Position numbers and translations under genes: made by a program
In this document: in pieces, positions 30,039 through 38,645 of the stretch
Position numbering within the stretch: the first letter of the stretch is position 1
How the letters are laid out: each line of letters starts with the position of its first letter
The notes under the pieces: model-generated
Told to the model about the DNA's origin: nothing
The model's database searches: none
What the model saw: only the letters and a program-made list of their open reading frames with translations
Source of the DNA: Promethearchaeota archaeon
GTDB lineage: Archaea > Asgardarchaeota > Lokiarchaeia > Sigyniarchaeales > SOKP01
Assembly: GCA_019058365.1 (NCBI GenBank)
Contig: JAHPZE010000031.1
Coordinates: forward strand, 1-48,801
Direction of reading: 5' to 3'
Length of the DNA: 48,801 bases

Positions 30039-31535
30039 ATGACTTTGAATAAAATAAAAATTCAGGTTATTTTTATTGGTAAACCACAATGGGAAGCTGG
30101 ATGGCCCTATTTAGGTTATGACAACTTTAAGCTAATAGATGAGATTAAGATACGTTTAATTAAGAAGTTTCCAATTGTTGCATTTAACTGGGGAACGATG
30201 ATTACTTCATATGATAAAGTTTTAATCGATAATATTAAAGAAAATATACTAAAAGCAGATGGGATGATTATCTTTACAATAGGTCATTATGGAGATCCTG
30301 GAATAGTTCAAGCGGGAATTGAATTTATCGAATGTGAAAAACCAGTTATTCTTGCTAATTTTATTTATGGAGGAGATCATACATTCACCAAAATCTATTC
30401 GAATATTAAAGATAAAAATTATCAAGTATTTCCATTATCTTCACAAAAGATTGAAGATTTTGAAAAAGCAATTGAAATAATGATTAGTTTGCTACGTATA
30501 AGGGGAACGAGAGTTTTGGTGTATGCAAGTGATGTAATAAAAATGAATTGGGATGTAATATTAGGTCTATTTAATCCAGAACGTAAAAAAATATTAAAAG
30601 ATCATCCAGAATTTCTTGAACAAGTTGGAAAAATGAGTGGTGATAAAGAATTTGAATTTTTTACAGATACAGTTGGTGAAGATCAAGCACATCAATGGAG
30701 AATGGATGAAATAAAATATAAAGAAAATTTGAAGGAAATATTTGGTATCGATATGATAAGAGGAGATCCAGATGAGATTCTGGAGTACTATTCAAATGCA
30801 AATGAGGGAGAAGCTAAAAAGGTTGCCGATAAATGGACTAGCAATGCATTAAAAGTAGATCCTTCTGAAAAGACAATTCTGAATTCTGCAAAATTATATA
30901 TCGCTTTTAAAAAAATATTGGAAGATAAAGGTGTTGATATTTTTACTCCTGATTGTGGAACCTTCTTATTGACGGGATTATTACCTGCTTATCCGTGTAT
31001 GGCTTTTTTAGAATTAAGTAATGAAGGGAAATATGGTATATGTGAATCTGATATGGATTCAACTGTGAGTTTCCTTTTTGGTCTCTATTTAACAAATCGT
31101 CAGGGTTTTGTATCTAACCATACTTTTGATATAGCAAATCAACAAATTACATATATGCACTGTGTTGCGCCAAATAAACTTTATGGAGTTAATGGTCCAT
31201 CAACTCCTTATGAAATTGTATTTCATGGTGAAACCCATTATTTAGGTGCCTCTCCTTGTGTTAAATTTCCAATCGGTGAAAATGTTACAACTATAAAAAT
31301 AAGTGTTTTTAAGAAGAAAATATCAATTAGACAAGGAAGAATTATTGATAATGTCGTTGATGAAAAAGGATGCGTATCAAAAATGTTAGTAAAGAGCAAT
31401 GTAGAAAAAATTATGAAAAATTATGATTGGGAATCCTTCGGATGGCATAGAGTTACTTTTATTGGAGATTGGAAAGAGATTTTCATAATTGGAGCCAAAA
31501 TTTTAGGATTAGAAATTATCGAAGATGATCAATAA
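30039..31535 (+). CDS. L-fucose/L-arabinose isomerase-like sugar isomerase
   Basis: PC.AF..L..EG....CESD, YMHC, C-terminal GWHRV pattern. Confidence 0.65.
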   Translation: MTLNKIKIQVIFIGKPQWEAGWPYLGYDNFKLIDEIKIRLIKKFPIVAFNWGTMITSYDKVLIDNIKENILKADGMIIFTIGHYGDPGIVQAGIEFIECEKPVILANFIYGGDHTFTKIYSNIKDKNYQVFPLSSQKIEDFEKAIEIMISLLRIRGTRVLVYASDVIKMNWDVILGLFNPERKKILKDHPEFLEQVGKMSGDKEFEFFTDTVGEDQAHQWRMDEIKYKENLKEIFGIDMIRGDPDEILEYYSNANEGEAKKVADKWTSNALKVDPSEKTILNSAKLYIAFKKILEDKGVDIFTPDCGTFLLTGLLPAYPCMAFLELSNEGKYGICESDMDSTVSFLFGLYLTNRQGFVSNHTFDIANQQITYMHCVAPNKLYGVNGPSTPYEIVFHGETHYLGASPCVKFPIGENVTTIKISVFKKKISIRQGRIIDNVVDEKGCVSKMLVKSNVEKIMKNYDWESFGWHRVTFIGDWKEIFIIGAKILGLEIIEDDQ

Positions 31536-31646
31536 TTTTATTCAGAAGAAAATTAAATTATTTTATTTAAATAAGTTTATTAATATCTTCAAATAAATTT
31601 TAAAATAAGATTTTTATAAATTTTTTAAAATTAAAGAGGGATTAAA

Positions 31647-33023
31647 ATTAGTGAAATTAGAAAGAATAACAATGATAAAGTACATTCACTTAGAGGTCGT
31701 CTTTTATATTCTTTAGGAGCTATACCATCAGCACTTCCTTACAATATGGTTTCTGCTTTTTTTGTATTCTTTTATGTTACAGTTAGACATCTTGATTTTA
31801 CTCTTTCAGGTTGGATATGGGTAATATATGGAATTTGGAATGCAATAAATGATCCTATTATAGGCTTTTATATGGATAAAAAAAAAACTAAGTGGGGTCG
31901 TCGTGTTCCATATATAGTAATTGGAACGATTCCTTTCACGATTGGATTTATATTTCTCTGGTGGGTACCTTATTCAAGTTCAGAACAAATTTTTATATTT
32001 CTGCATGCCCTTCTTATGCTATTTCTATTCGATCTTGGATTTACGCTATGTATGACGGGGTGGTCAGCTCTATATACTGAAATGTATGAAGAACAAGGAG
32101 AAAGAGCAACTGTAGTAGCAATAAAAGATACTATCGCCTTTATTTCATCATTTATTGGAATTATAATTCCTCCAATGATTGCAAAAGCAATTGGATGGGA
32201 ATTGACAGGTCTTATATTGGGGCTCACAATTCCAGTAACAATGTTACTTTCTCTTCGCGGATCAAAAGAAAGAGAGGAATATCAAATTGACGAACCATTA
32301 CCAGTATTTACCGCTATTAAAGAGACTCTAAAAAATAAACCATTTATAATAATTACTTTAACTTACACTTTGCTTGACTTTTGTTTTGGATTAACTATAA
32401 TGGTTCTTCCATTATATGCCAAATTTATTCTTGGAGTAGATGAAGGATTAGTAGGTGTTGCTGCTGCAGGAGTAGCAATAGGAATCCTTATAAGCATACC
32501 TTTTTGGAGGTATATATATGCTAAAAAGGGACCAAAATACGGACTACTCCTTGCAATGATTATATTTTCTTTAGGAATATGGCCATTGTTTCTTATAAAT
32601 GATTTTATTATACTAATCGTTGTTACAATTTTTCCTGGATTCGGAGCTGCCGGTATGCTTATGACTGAACCTGCTATTAGTACAGCAATAGATTATGATG
32701 AATTAAAAACTAATAAAAGACGAGAAGCGTCATACAATGGAATTTTAACATTAATTGCTAGATTATCATTGGTTTTTTCAGGAATAACTTTAATAATTGT
32801 AGGACTTTTAACAGGTTTTGACTCAAACGCAGAGACCCAATCACCAACCGCACTTTTAGGTTTAAGAACATTAGTAGGATTCGTGCCTCTTCTTGGAGCG
32901 TTGTTAGGATTGTTGGTTTTTGTATTCTTCCCGATTAATCATGAAATTTTCATTGAGCAACAACAACAATTAAAAATTTTACATCAAGAGAGAATAGAGA
33001 GATTAGAAAAAGAAAAGATTTAA
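31647..33023 (+). CDS. MFS glycoside-pentoside-hexuronide (GPH) transporter; probable ATT start
   Basis: NAINDPIIG..D..KTKWGRR.PY, DYDELKT.KRRE; TM1 (RLLYSLGAIP) lies in the open frame upstream of ATG 31746; SD GAGGG. Confidence 0.88.
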   Translation: MSEIRKNNNDKVHSLRGRLLYSLGAIPSALPYNMVSAFFVFFYVTVRHLDFTLSGWIWVIYGIWNAINDPIIGFYMDKKKTKWGRRVPYIVIGTIPFTIGFIFLWWVPYSSSEQIFIFLHALLMLFLFDLGFTLCMTGWSALYTEMYEEQGERATVVAIKDTIAFISSFIGIIIPPMIAKAIGWELTGLILGLTIPVTMLLSLRGSKEREEYQIDEPLPVFTAIKETLKNKPFIIITLTYTLLDFCFGLTIMVLPLYAKFILGVDEGLVGVAAAGVAIGILISIPFWRYIYAKKGPKYGLLLAMIIFSLGIWPLFLINDFIILIVVTIFPGFGAAGMLMTEPAISTAIDYDELKTNKRREASYNGILTLIARLSLVFSGITLIIVGLLTGFDSNAETQSPTALLGLRTLVGFVPLLGALLGLLVFVFFPINHEIFIEQQQQLKILHQERIERLEKEKI

Positions 33024-33094
33024 TCTCTTACTCTAATTTTTTTTTTTAATATAAAGAGTTTTCATAATATAAACGCAATAGAAATGATTATATA

Positions 33095-33937
33095 ATGGAA
33101 TGTGATCTTGAAAATATAAAAATTTATTATGAAATTTATGGCGAAGGACATCCAATTCTTATGATTCATGGATTTTCACCGGATCACCGTCTAATGAAGG
33201 GATGTATGGAACCTATTTTTCAAAAAAGAGATTATTATAGTCGTATTTATTTTGATTTACCAGGAATGGGGAAAACTGCAGGACCAGAATGGTTAAAAAA
33301 TTCAGATCAAATGCTCAATATTGTTTTAGAATTTATTGATAAGATTATTCCTAAGCAAAAATTCATAATTGCAAGTGAATCTTATGGATGTTATTTAGCA
33401 AGAGGTCTTCTTTTAAAAAGATCTAAATTTATCGATGGTGTCTTATTTCTTTGTCCTCTTATAATACCTCAACAAAAAAGACGAGATTTACCTAAAGATT
33501 TTAACATTTTAATAAAGGATTCTGAATTAATTTCTAGTTTAAGTCCTTCTGATGCTGAAGAATTAGAAAATTCTTTAGTGATCCAGAGTAGAGATATTTG
33601 GGAGAGATATCGAGATGAAGTCCTTTCTGGTTTGAAAATTGCTGATCATAATTTTCTGGAGAAAATATTTCCAGCTAATTATGAATTTTCTTTCGAAATA
33701 GATCACCTTATACAATTATATGATAAACCAACATTATTTCTTTTGGGGAGGCAAGATGTATCCGTTGGATATCGTGATGCTTGGAGAATTATTGAAAATT
33801 ATCCAAGCGCTACTTTTGCTATTCTTGATCAAGCAGGTCATAATCTACAAATTGAAAAAGCAAATTTGTTTAACTCTTTAGTTAACGATTGGTTAGATAG
33901 AGTGGAATATCACATTTCTTTAAAGAATAGAGAATGA
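33095..33937 (+). CDS. Alpha/beta hydrolase
   Basis: HGF, DLPGMG, SESYG nucleophile elbow, GRQD, AGH. Confidence 0.9.
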   Translation: MECDLENIKIYYEIYGEGHPILMIHGFSPDHRLMKGCMEPIFQKRDYYSRIYFDLPGMGKTAGPEWLKNSDQMLNIVLEFIDKIIPKQKFIIASESYGCYLARGLLLKRSKFIDGVLFLCPLIIPQQKRRDLPKDFNILIKDSELISSLSPSDAEELENSLVIQSRDIWERYRDEVLSGLKIADHNFLEKIFPANYEFSFEIDHLIQLYDKPTLFLLGRQDVSVGYRDAWRIIENYPSATFAILDQAGHNLQIEKANLFNSLVNDWLDRVEYHISLKNRE

Positions 33938-35029
33938 AGATTTATTTCTTTCAATTTTTTTTTTAATTTCTTTAGGTTCTTCTCTTGGTAATCTTTCATT
34001 AACAGGTAAGAGTAGTTTGAATTTTTTATGCGGTTCTGTTTGATACCAGTAAGCTGTAGAAGAAAAGTCATCTGAACGTTGATTTGCATGACCATGTTCA
34101 ATTTTAACTTTAATATTTTTATGAAAATAAATTGGGTCTTCAATATGATATCGATAATAAGAAATTTTTCCACTCCAACGCTCTCCACCTGGTAAGGGGA
34201 TTCCAAAATATGGTGAACAATAATATTGCGTTGGACACCATGCTCCACAGAAATAATCTTCTGTACCAGTTCCATGAAGAATTATTTCTCCATCATCAAT
34301 TTCAATATAATCATCGCCTTCACCAGGCCAGTTAAACTTATCAGTTTCAAATAAATTATGAATATCTAAATGGCATCCAACATAGTGACCCTCACCTTTA
34401 GCATCTAGTATTAGATAATCGTCCTCATGAGTACGATTTTTTTTACTAAACATTTCTGCCTTCCAATTCATCCGTTTTAATTTGTCATAATCTTGACCAT
34501 TACAAGGATTTATTCTATTCCACGAAGAATGGAACCTTCCATAACAAGAGTCGATTTCAGGAAGTTCTTCATAATCAATGTAATAATAGCAGGTTAACTC
34601 CCAATCATTGCATTCATTTTCAATTTCAATTCTAGCTTTTTTGGAAAATGGCATTGGAAAAAAGCAGTTAAATCCTTTTCCATCTTCTGGACCCATAGAT
34701 AAGGGCAAACTCCAAAAATTTACGCTCTTACTATGACCAACTCCAAAAAAATCACCTATAGGACATTCTACTGATGGATTTTTTTCATCGTCCCACCACA
34801 TTCGAATTATTACTTTTCTCAAGTAATGAAGATCTTTTGATGCGAGAGTCATCCAAATATGTTTTATAATTCCCGCACATGATAAATTACATAGTTCAAA
34901 TCTTTCTTTAATGTTAATAATTTTAAAATCAGCATTAGCCCCTGTTTGGTCATAACTAGAGATCCTCTTTCTTTTAACATTCTTTTTAATTGTTGGTAAA
35001 TTCATTAAAGAACTAAATCCAAATTCCAT
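33920..35029 (-). CDS. DUF2961 / GH172 glycoside hydrolase
   Basis: SSYD.TG.N.D, GIIKHIWMT, PIGDFFG, PMPF, WPGEGD, GTGTEDYF, YRYH..DP, EHGH. Confidence 0.9.
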   Translation of the reverse strand: MEFGFSSLMNLPTIKKNVKRKRISSYDQTGANADFKIINIKERFELCNLSCAGIIKHIWMTLASKDLHYLRKVIIRMWWDDEKNPSVECPIGDFFGVGHSKSVNFWSLPLSMGPEDGKGFNCFFPMPFSKKARIEIENECNDWELTCYYYIDYEELPEIDSCYGRFHSSWNRINPCNGQDYDKLKRMNWKAEMFSKKNRTHEDDYLILDAKGEGHYVGCHLDIHNLFETDKFNWPGEGDDYIEIDDGEIILHGTGTEDYFCGAWCPTQYYCSPYFGIPLPGGERWSGKISYYRYHIEDPIYFHKNIKVKIEHGHANQRSDDFSSTAYWYQTEPHKKFKLLLPVNERLPREEPKEIKKKIERNKSSFSIL

Positions 35030-35107
35030 CTAAATCCCTCTATCATACTTTGTTATAGTACTGAATATTCGAAATGAAATAAGTATTATTAATAGACCAA
35101 AACTGCA

Positions 35108-35524
35108 TTATTCACCTTGGATTTGCACCATAACTCTCCTATTTCTAGGTCCATCATACTCTGCAAACATTATTCCTTGCCAAGTTCCTAACATCATTCT
35201 CTTTTCATGAATTAACACATCTACTGAATGGCCCGTTAATGTACATTTGATGTGAGCATCAGAATTTCCTTCTCCATGTTTGAAAGAATATCCTAATCCC
35301 CCACCTTTAGGAACTAATTTATTTAGATAACTACTGATATCTTTAATAACAGAAGGATCTGCGTTTTCATTAATAGTTATTCCCGCAGTTGTATGTGGGA
35401 TAAAGACTCGACATACTCCTTCTTTTATATTGCTTTCTCTAATTATATTGCTGATCTCACCTGTAATATCCAATATAACCTCTCTCTCTGGAGTTTTAAC
35501 TTTAAACTCGTTAAATATAATCAT
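35108..35524 (-). CDS. yjbQ: YjbQ/UPF0047 family protein
   Basis: PHTTAGITINENADP, H.EGNSDAHIK, LGTWQGI..EYDGPR. Confidence 0.95.
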   Translation of the reverse strand: MIIFNEFKVKTPEREVILDITGEISNIIRESNIKEGVCRVFIPHTTAGITINENADPSVIKDISSYLNKLVPKGGGLGYSFKHGEGNSDAHIKCTLTGHSVDVLIHEKRMMLGTWQGIMFAEYDGPRNRRVMVQIQGE

Positions 35525-35570
35525 ATAATCACCAAAGAATACTTAATTTGTAAATATTTATAAAAATTAT

Positions 35571-36338
35571 CTACCTATTAAAAGATCCATGTTTCCCTTT
35601 TCCTTGAGAGAATGCATTACTTCCTTTCAAATATTCTCCACTTGCGAGAGTTTTTAGTCCTAAGTCAAACTCATTAGCTAAAGCGTCTTTTAAGTTCATG
35701 CCAAACTGCTGGTAGGAAGATAATCTATCATTTCTCATGCAAGTTCGGGGAAATTCAGCGATCTTCTTAGCTAATTTTTCGGCTTTTTCTCTAGATCGCC
35801 CATGTGGAACTACTCTATTTGCCAAACCCCAAGAGAGAGCTTCTTCTGCAGTAACAGGCCGTCCAGTAAGAATCATATCTATAGCTCTGCTTAAACCAAT
35901 CAATCTTGGAAGTCTAACAGTGCCTCCATCAATAAGAGGTACCCCAAAACGTCTGGAAAATACTCCAAATACTGCACTTTCTTCCACTACTCTCATATCA
36001 CACCATAGCGCAAGCTCAAGCCCTCCCGCTACAGCATAACCTGAAACCGCCGCAATTACCGGTTTTGATAACATCATCCTTGAAGGCCCCATAGGACCAT
36101 CTCCTTTGGCATCTATTCGGTTCCCTCTTCCATTAGTGATTGCTTTTAAATTTGCTCCGGAACAAAATGTTCCATTAGCACCCCACAGTACAGCAACCAA
36201 AGCTTCACTATCATTCTCGAAATCTCTGAACGCATCTACTAATTCTTTAGCAGTTTGACCATCTACAGCATTTTTAACTTCAGGATTATCGATGATTATT
36301 GTATAAATGGGATATTTTATTTCCACCTTAATTGGCAT
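35571..36338 (-). CDS. Enoyl-CoA hydratase/crotonase family protein
   Basis: FCSGANL, KPVIAAVSGYAVAGGLELAL.CD.R, GVPLIDGGTVRLPRLIG. Confidence 0.93.
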   Translation of the reverse strand: MPIKVEIKYPIYTIIIDNPEVKNAVDGQTAKELVDAFRDFENDSEALVAVLWGANGTFCSGANLKAITNGRGNRIDAKGDGPMGPSRMMLSKPVIAAVSGYAVAGGLELALWCDMRVVEESAVFGVFSRRFGVPLIDGGTVRLPRLIGLSRAIDMILTGRPVTAEEALSWGLANRVVPHGRSREKAEKLAKKIAEFPRTCMRNDRLSSYQQFGMNLKDALANEFDLGLKTLASGEYLKGSNAFSQGKGKHGSFNR

Positions 36339-36470
36339 AAAATAAGATAATGCGGGAAATATTAAAATTCTAGCTAATTAATACCGAAATATGTTTACAC
36401 CAAATTTATAAATACTTGGTTGAAAATTAAATATTCATAACTAAAATAATAAATTTAAATTGGGTTTAAT

Positions 36471-36860
36471 ATGCCTGAAAAAATTACTGGAGAGAGTTTT
36501 AAACCAAAAGCACTAAAAGCTGCTGAGAAATATTTCAAAAATGTACATATGTCTCAAGAACAGCACATAATATTTAATGAATTTGTAAAAATTGTTCTTA
36601 AGTATATAAAAATGGATGAATTAGCCGCTAAAGGTATTGGCTGGCGATCAGTAAGTAAATGGCAACTAGATCATAAAAGAGATCTTTTAGGATTGGAACA
36701 TGAAACACCTGATGAGAGAATTAAATCGATTGATCAGTTATTAAACATAGTTAAAGATGAATTAATCAAAATTTTAGAAGATCCTAACGAGAAATCTTTA
36801 GTTGATATAGCAAAAGAGGATATTTTGGAATTTTACAGAAAAGAATTTGCTTACCGATAA
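36471..36860 (+). CDS. Hypothetical helical protein
   Basis: 129-aa ORF with protein-like composition. Confidence 0.7.
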   Translation: MPEKITGESFKPKALKAAEKYFKNVHMSQEQHIIFNEFVKIVLKYIKMDELAAKGIGWRSVSKWQLDHKRDLLGLEHETPDERIKSIDQLLNIVKDELIKILEDPNEKSLVDIAKEDILEFYRKEFAYR

Positions 36861-37043
36861 ATATAATTGGAAATGAACTATAACGGAATTTTAGAAATTC
36901 TCATAATACTTTCCATTTTGATTTCTTGAAATTGATGTTTTTCTATTATTAGAATATATTTTCTAAGTTATGTTTTAGACTTATTAAATTAAAATACTTT
37001 TTTTAATAACTCGGATTAAATCAAATACTACTCCTACTTTAAT

Positions 37044-37065
37044 TTTGAATGACTGTTCATTCAAA
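37044..37065. promoter_or_regulatory. Perfect 9-bp inverted repeat TTTGAATGA-ctgt-TCATTCAAA, candidate TetR/FadR-type operator
   Basis: Directly visible palindrome in the intergenic region upstream of the FabK-like gene. Confidence 0.55.
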
Positions 37066-37220
37066 GTTTTTAACTTATTTGATAAATTTCTTTATACCTT
37101 AACAAATCCCCATAAAAGTCAAATTGAACATACGATTTATACTAATATTGGCGAATTGGTTAAACTTATATAGGATGCTGATAATTCAACCTAATATCTA
37201 TTAAATGAAATGGATTATGC

Positions 37221-37238
37221 ATTGAATAGATGTTCAAT
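37221..37238. promoter_or_regulatory. Inverted repeat ATTGAA-n6-TTCAAT, candidate second operator
   Basis: Palindrome about 45 bp upstream of start 37283; shares the TTGAA-n6-TTCA core with the 37045 site. Confidence 0.35.
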
Positions 37239-37282
37239 TATTAAAAAATAACGAAAAATTTAATAATAAAAGGTCGGAAAAT

Positions 37283-38308
37283 ATGGTTATAAAAACAAAC
37301 ATAACTGAAATGCTTGGAATTAAACATCCTATTGTAGCGGCACCAATGGGACCTTTTTACACAACAAAACTAACAATTGCTGTCTCAGAGGCTGGTGGAT
37401 TAGGTGTTCTAAGCCACGTAACATTAAGTGAAGGAATCACCTTAAATCAAATGAAAGAAAGTATGAAAACTGTCGTTGAGTTTACTGATAAACCTTTTGG
37501 ACTAAATATTAGAACAACAGCATTGCAACCTGATGCGATAAAACTATGTAGGCAAATTCCTAGGTTTATAATGGACAATCCAAAAATTAAAGATCAATGT
37601 ACCTACTTAATTACAAGTGCGGGATCTCCAAAAATATTATATAACAAGTATTTTAAGGCACTAAAAGAAACATCAAACATCAAACATTTTCATGTTATTC
37701 CTTCTTTAAAGCTAGCTAAAAATGTAATAAAAGATGGTGTTGATGGAATAGTCGCAACAGGACACGAAGGTGGAGGGCACCAATCTTATGAAAATGCAAG
37801 TACTTTAATCCTCTTACAACAAATCAAAAAGGAATTCCCAGAAATTCCTATGATCGCTTGTGGAGGTTATGCAACTGGAGAAGGATTAGCTTCAGCTTTA
37901 GCTATGGGTGCTGGAGCAATTGCTATGGGAACAAGACTTATTGCTTCAAGAGAATGTGAGTTCCATGAAAATTATAAAAATGAGGTTAAAAATGCTAATG
38001 TGTCTGATACCAAAATGGTTACAGGAGTTTTTGGACCTGCCAGAGTATTAAATAATAATTATGCGGAAGATGCAACTACTGTCTTGAATAAAGCAGAAAA
38101 GAGAGCTGAAGAAACCTCTATATCAATAATAAGAGAAAGTGTATTAAAATTAGAGAAAGCATATAACGGAGATGTTGATAATGGTATTATTCTCTTAGGA
38201 CAAAGTTGTGGGCTGGTAAGCGAAATTGAGAGTGTATCAAACATTATCAATTCAATTGTACGTAGTGCTGAAAAATGTCTAAAGACTGCGTATTATATGG
38301 TAAATTGA
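37283..38308 (+). CDS. Nitronate monooxygenase / FabK-like flavin oxidoreductase
   Basis: LGIKHPI..APM, AVSEAGGLG, KPFG.N, EGGGH, GG..TGEG..AL.MGA....GTR. Confidence 0.9.
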   Translation: MVIKTNITEMLGIKHPIVAAPMGPFYTTKLTIAVSEAGGLGVLSHVTLSEGITLNQMKESMKTVVEFTDKPFGLNIRTTALQPDAIKLCRQIPRFIMDNPKIKDQCTYLITSAGSPKILYNKYFKALKETSNIKHFHVIPSLKLAKNVIKDGVDGIVATGHEGGGHQSYENASTLILLQQIKKEFPEIPMIACGGYATGEGLASALAMGAGAIAMGTRLIASRECEFHENYKNEVKNANVSDTKMVTGVFGPARVLNNNYAEDATTVLNKAEKRAEETSISIIRESVLKLEKAYNGDVDNGIILLGQSCGLVSEIESVSNIINSIVRSAEKCLKTAYYMVN

Positions 38309-38338
38309 GATTTGTTAAAAGTAAAGGAGAATTTAAAA

Positions 38339-38578
38339 ATGACTGAATCTATAGTAACATCAATATTCCAAATAACTAATATCGCTGAAATAAACAGTTT
38401 GAGCTTACTTGATTATGAAAATTCTATTATTAATTATTTTAATGATAATAATGGTTCAAACTTTTACCAGCGATATTTTAAATGGTTTAATCATTTTAAA
38501 TTTGAAAAAACCAATACTTCTTTCTTAAAGGATTTTGAAAAATGGTTTCATGATTTTTTTTTTAAATTTGAAATTTAA
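38339..38578 (+). CDS. Small hypothetical protein with aromatic-rich C-terminus
   Basis: ATG preceded by AAGGAG; 79 aa; no recognised family. Confidence 0.45.
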   Translation: MTESIVTSIFQITNIAEINSLSLLDYENSIINYFNDNNGSNFYQRYFKWFNHFKFEKTNTSFLKDFEKWFHDFFFKFEI

Positions 38579-38645
38579 ATCGAAAAAAGGCAGAAGTACT
38601 GAAATGTAAGAAAAAAATTGAATTATAGATTTATTTTTAGTTTTA

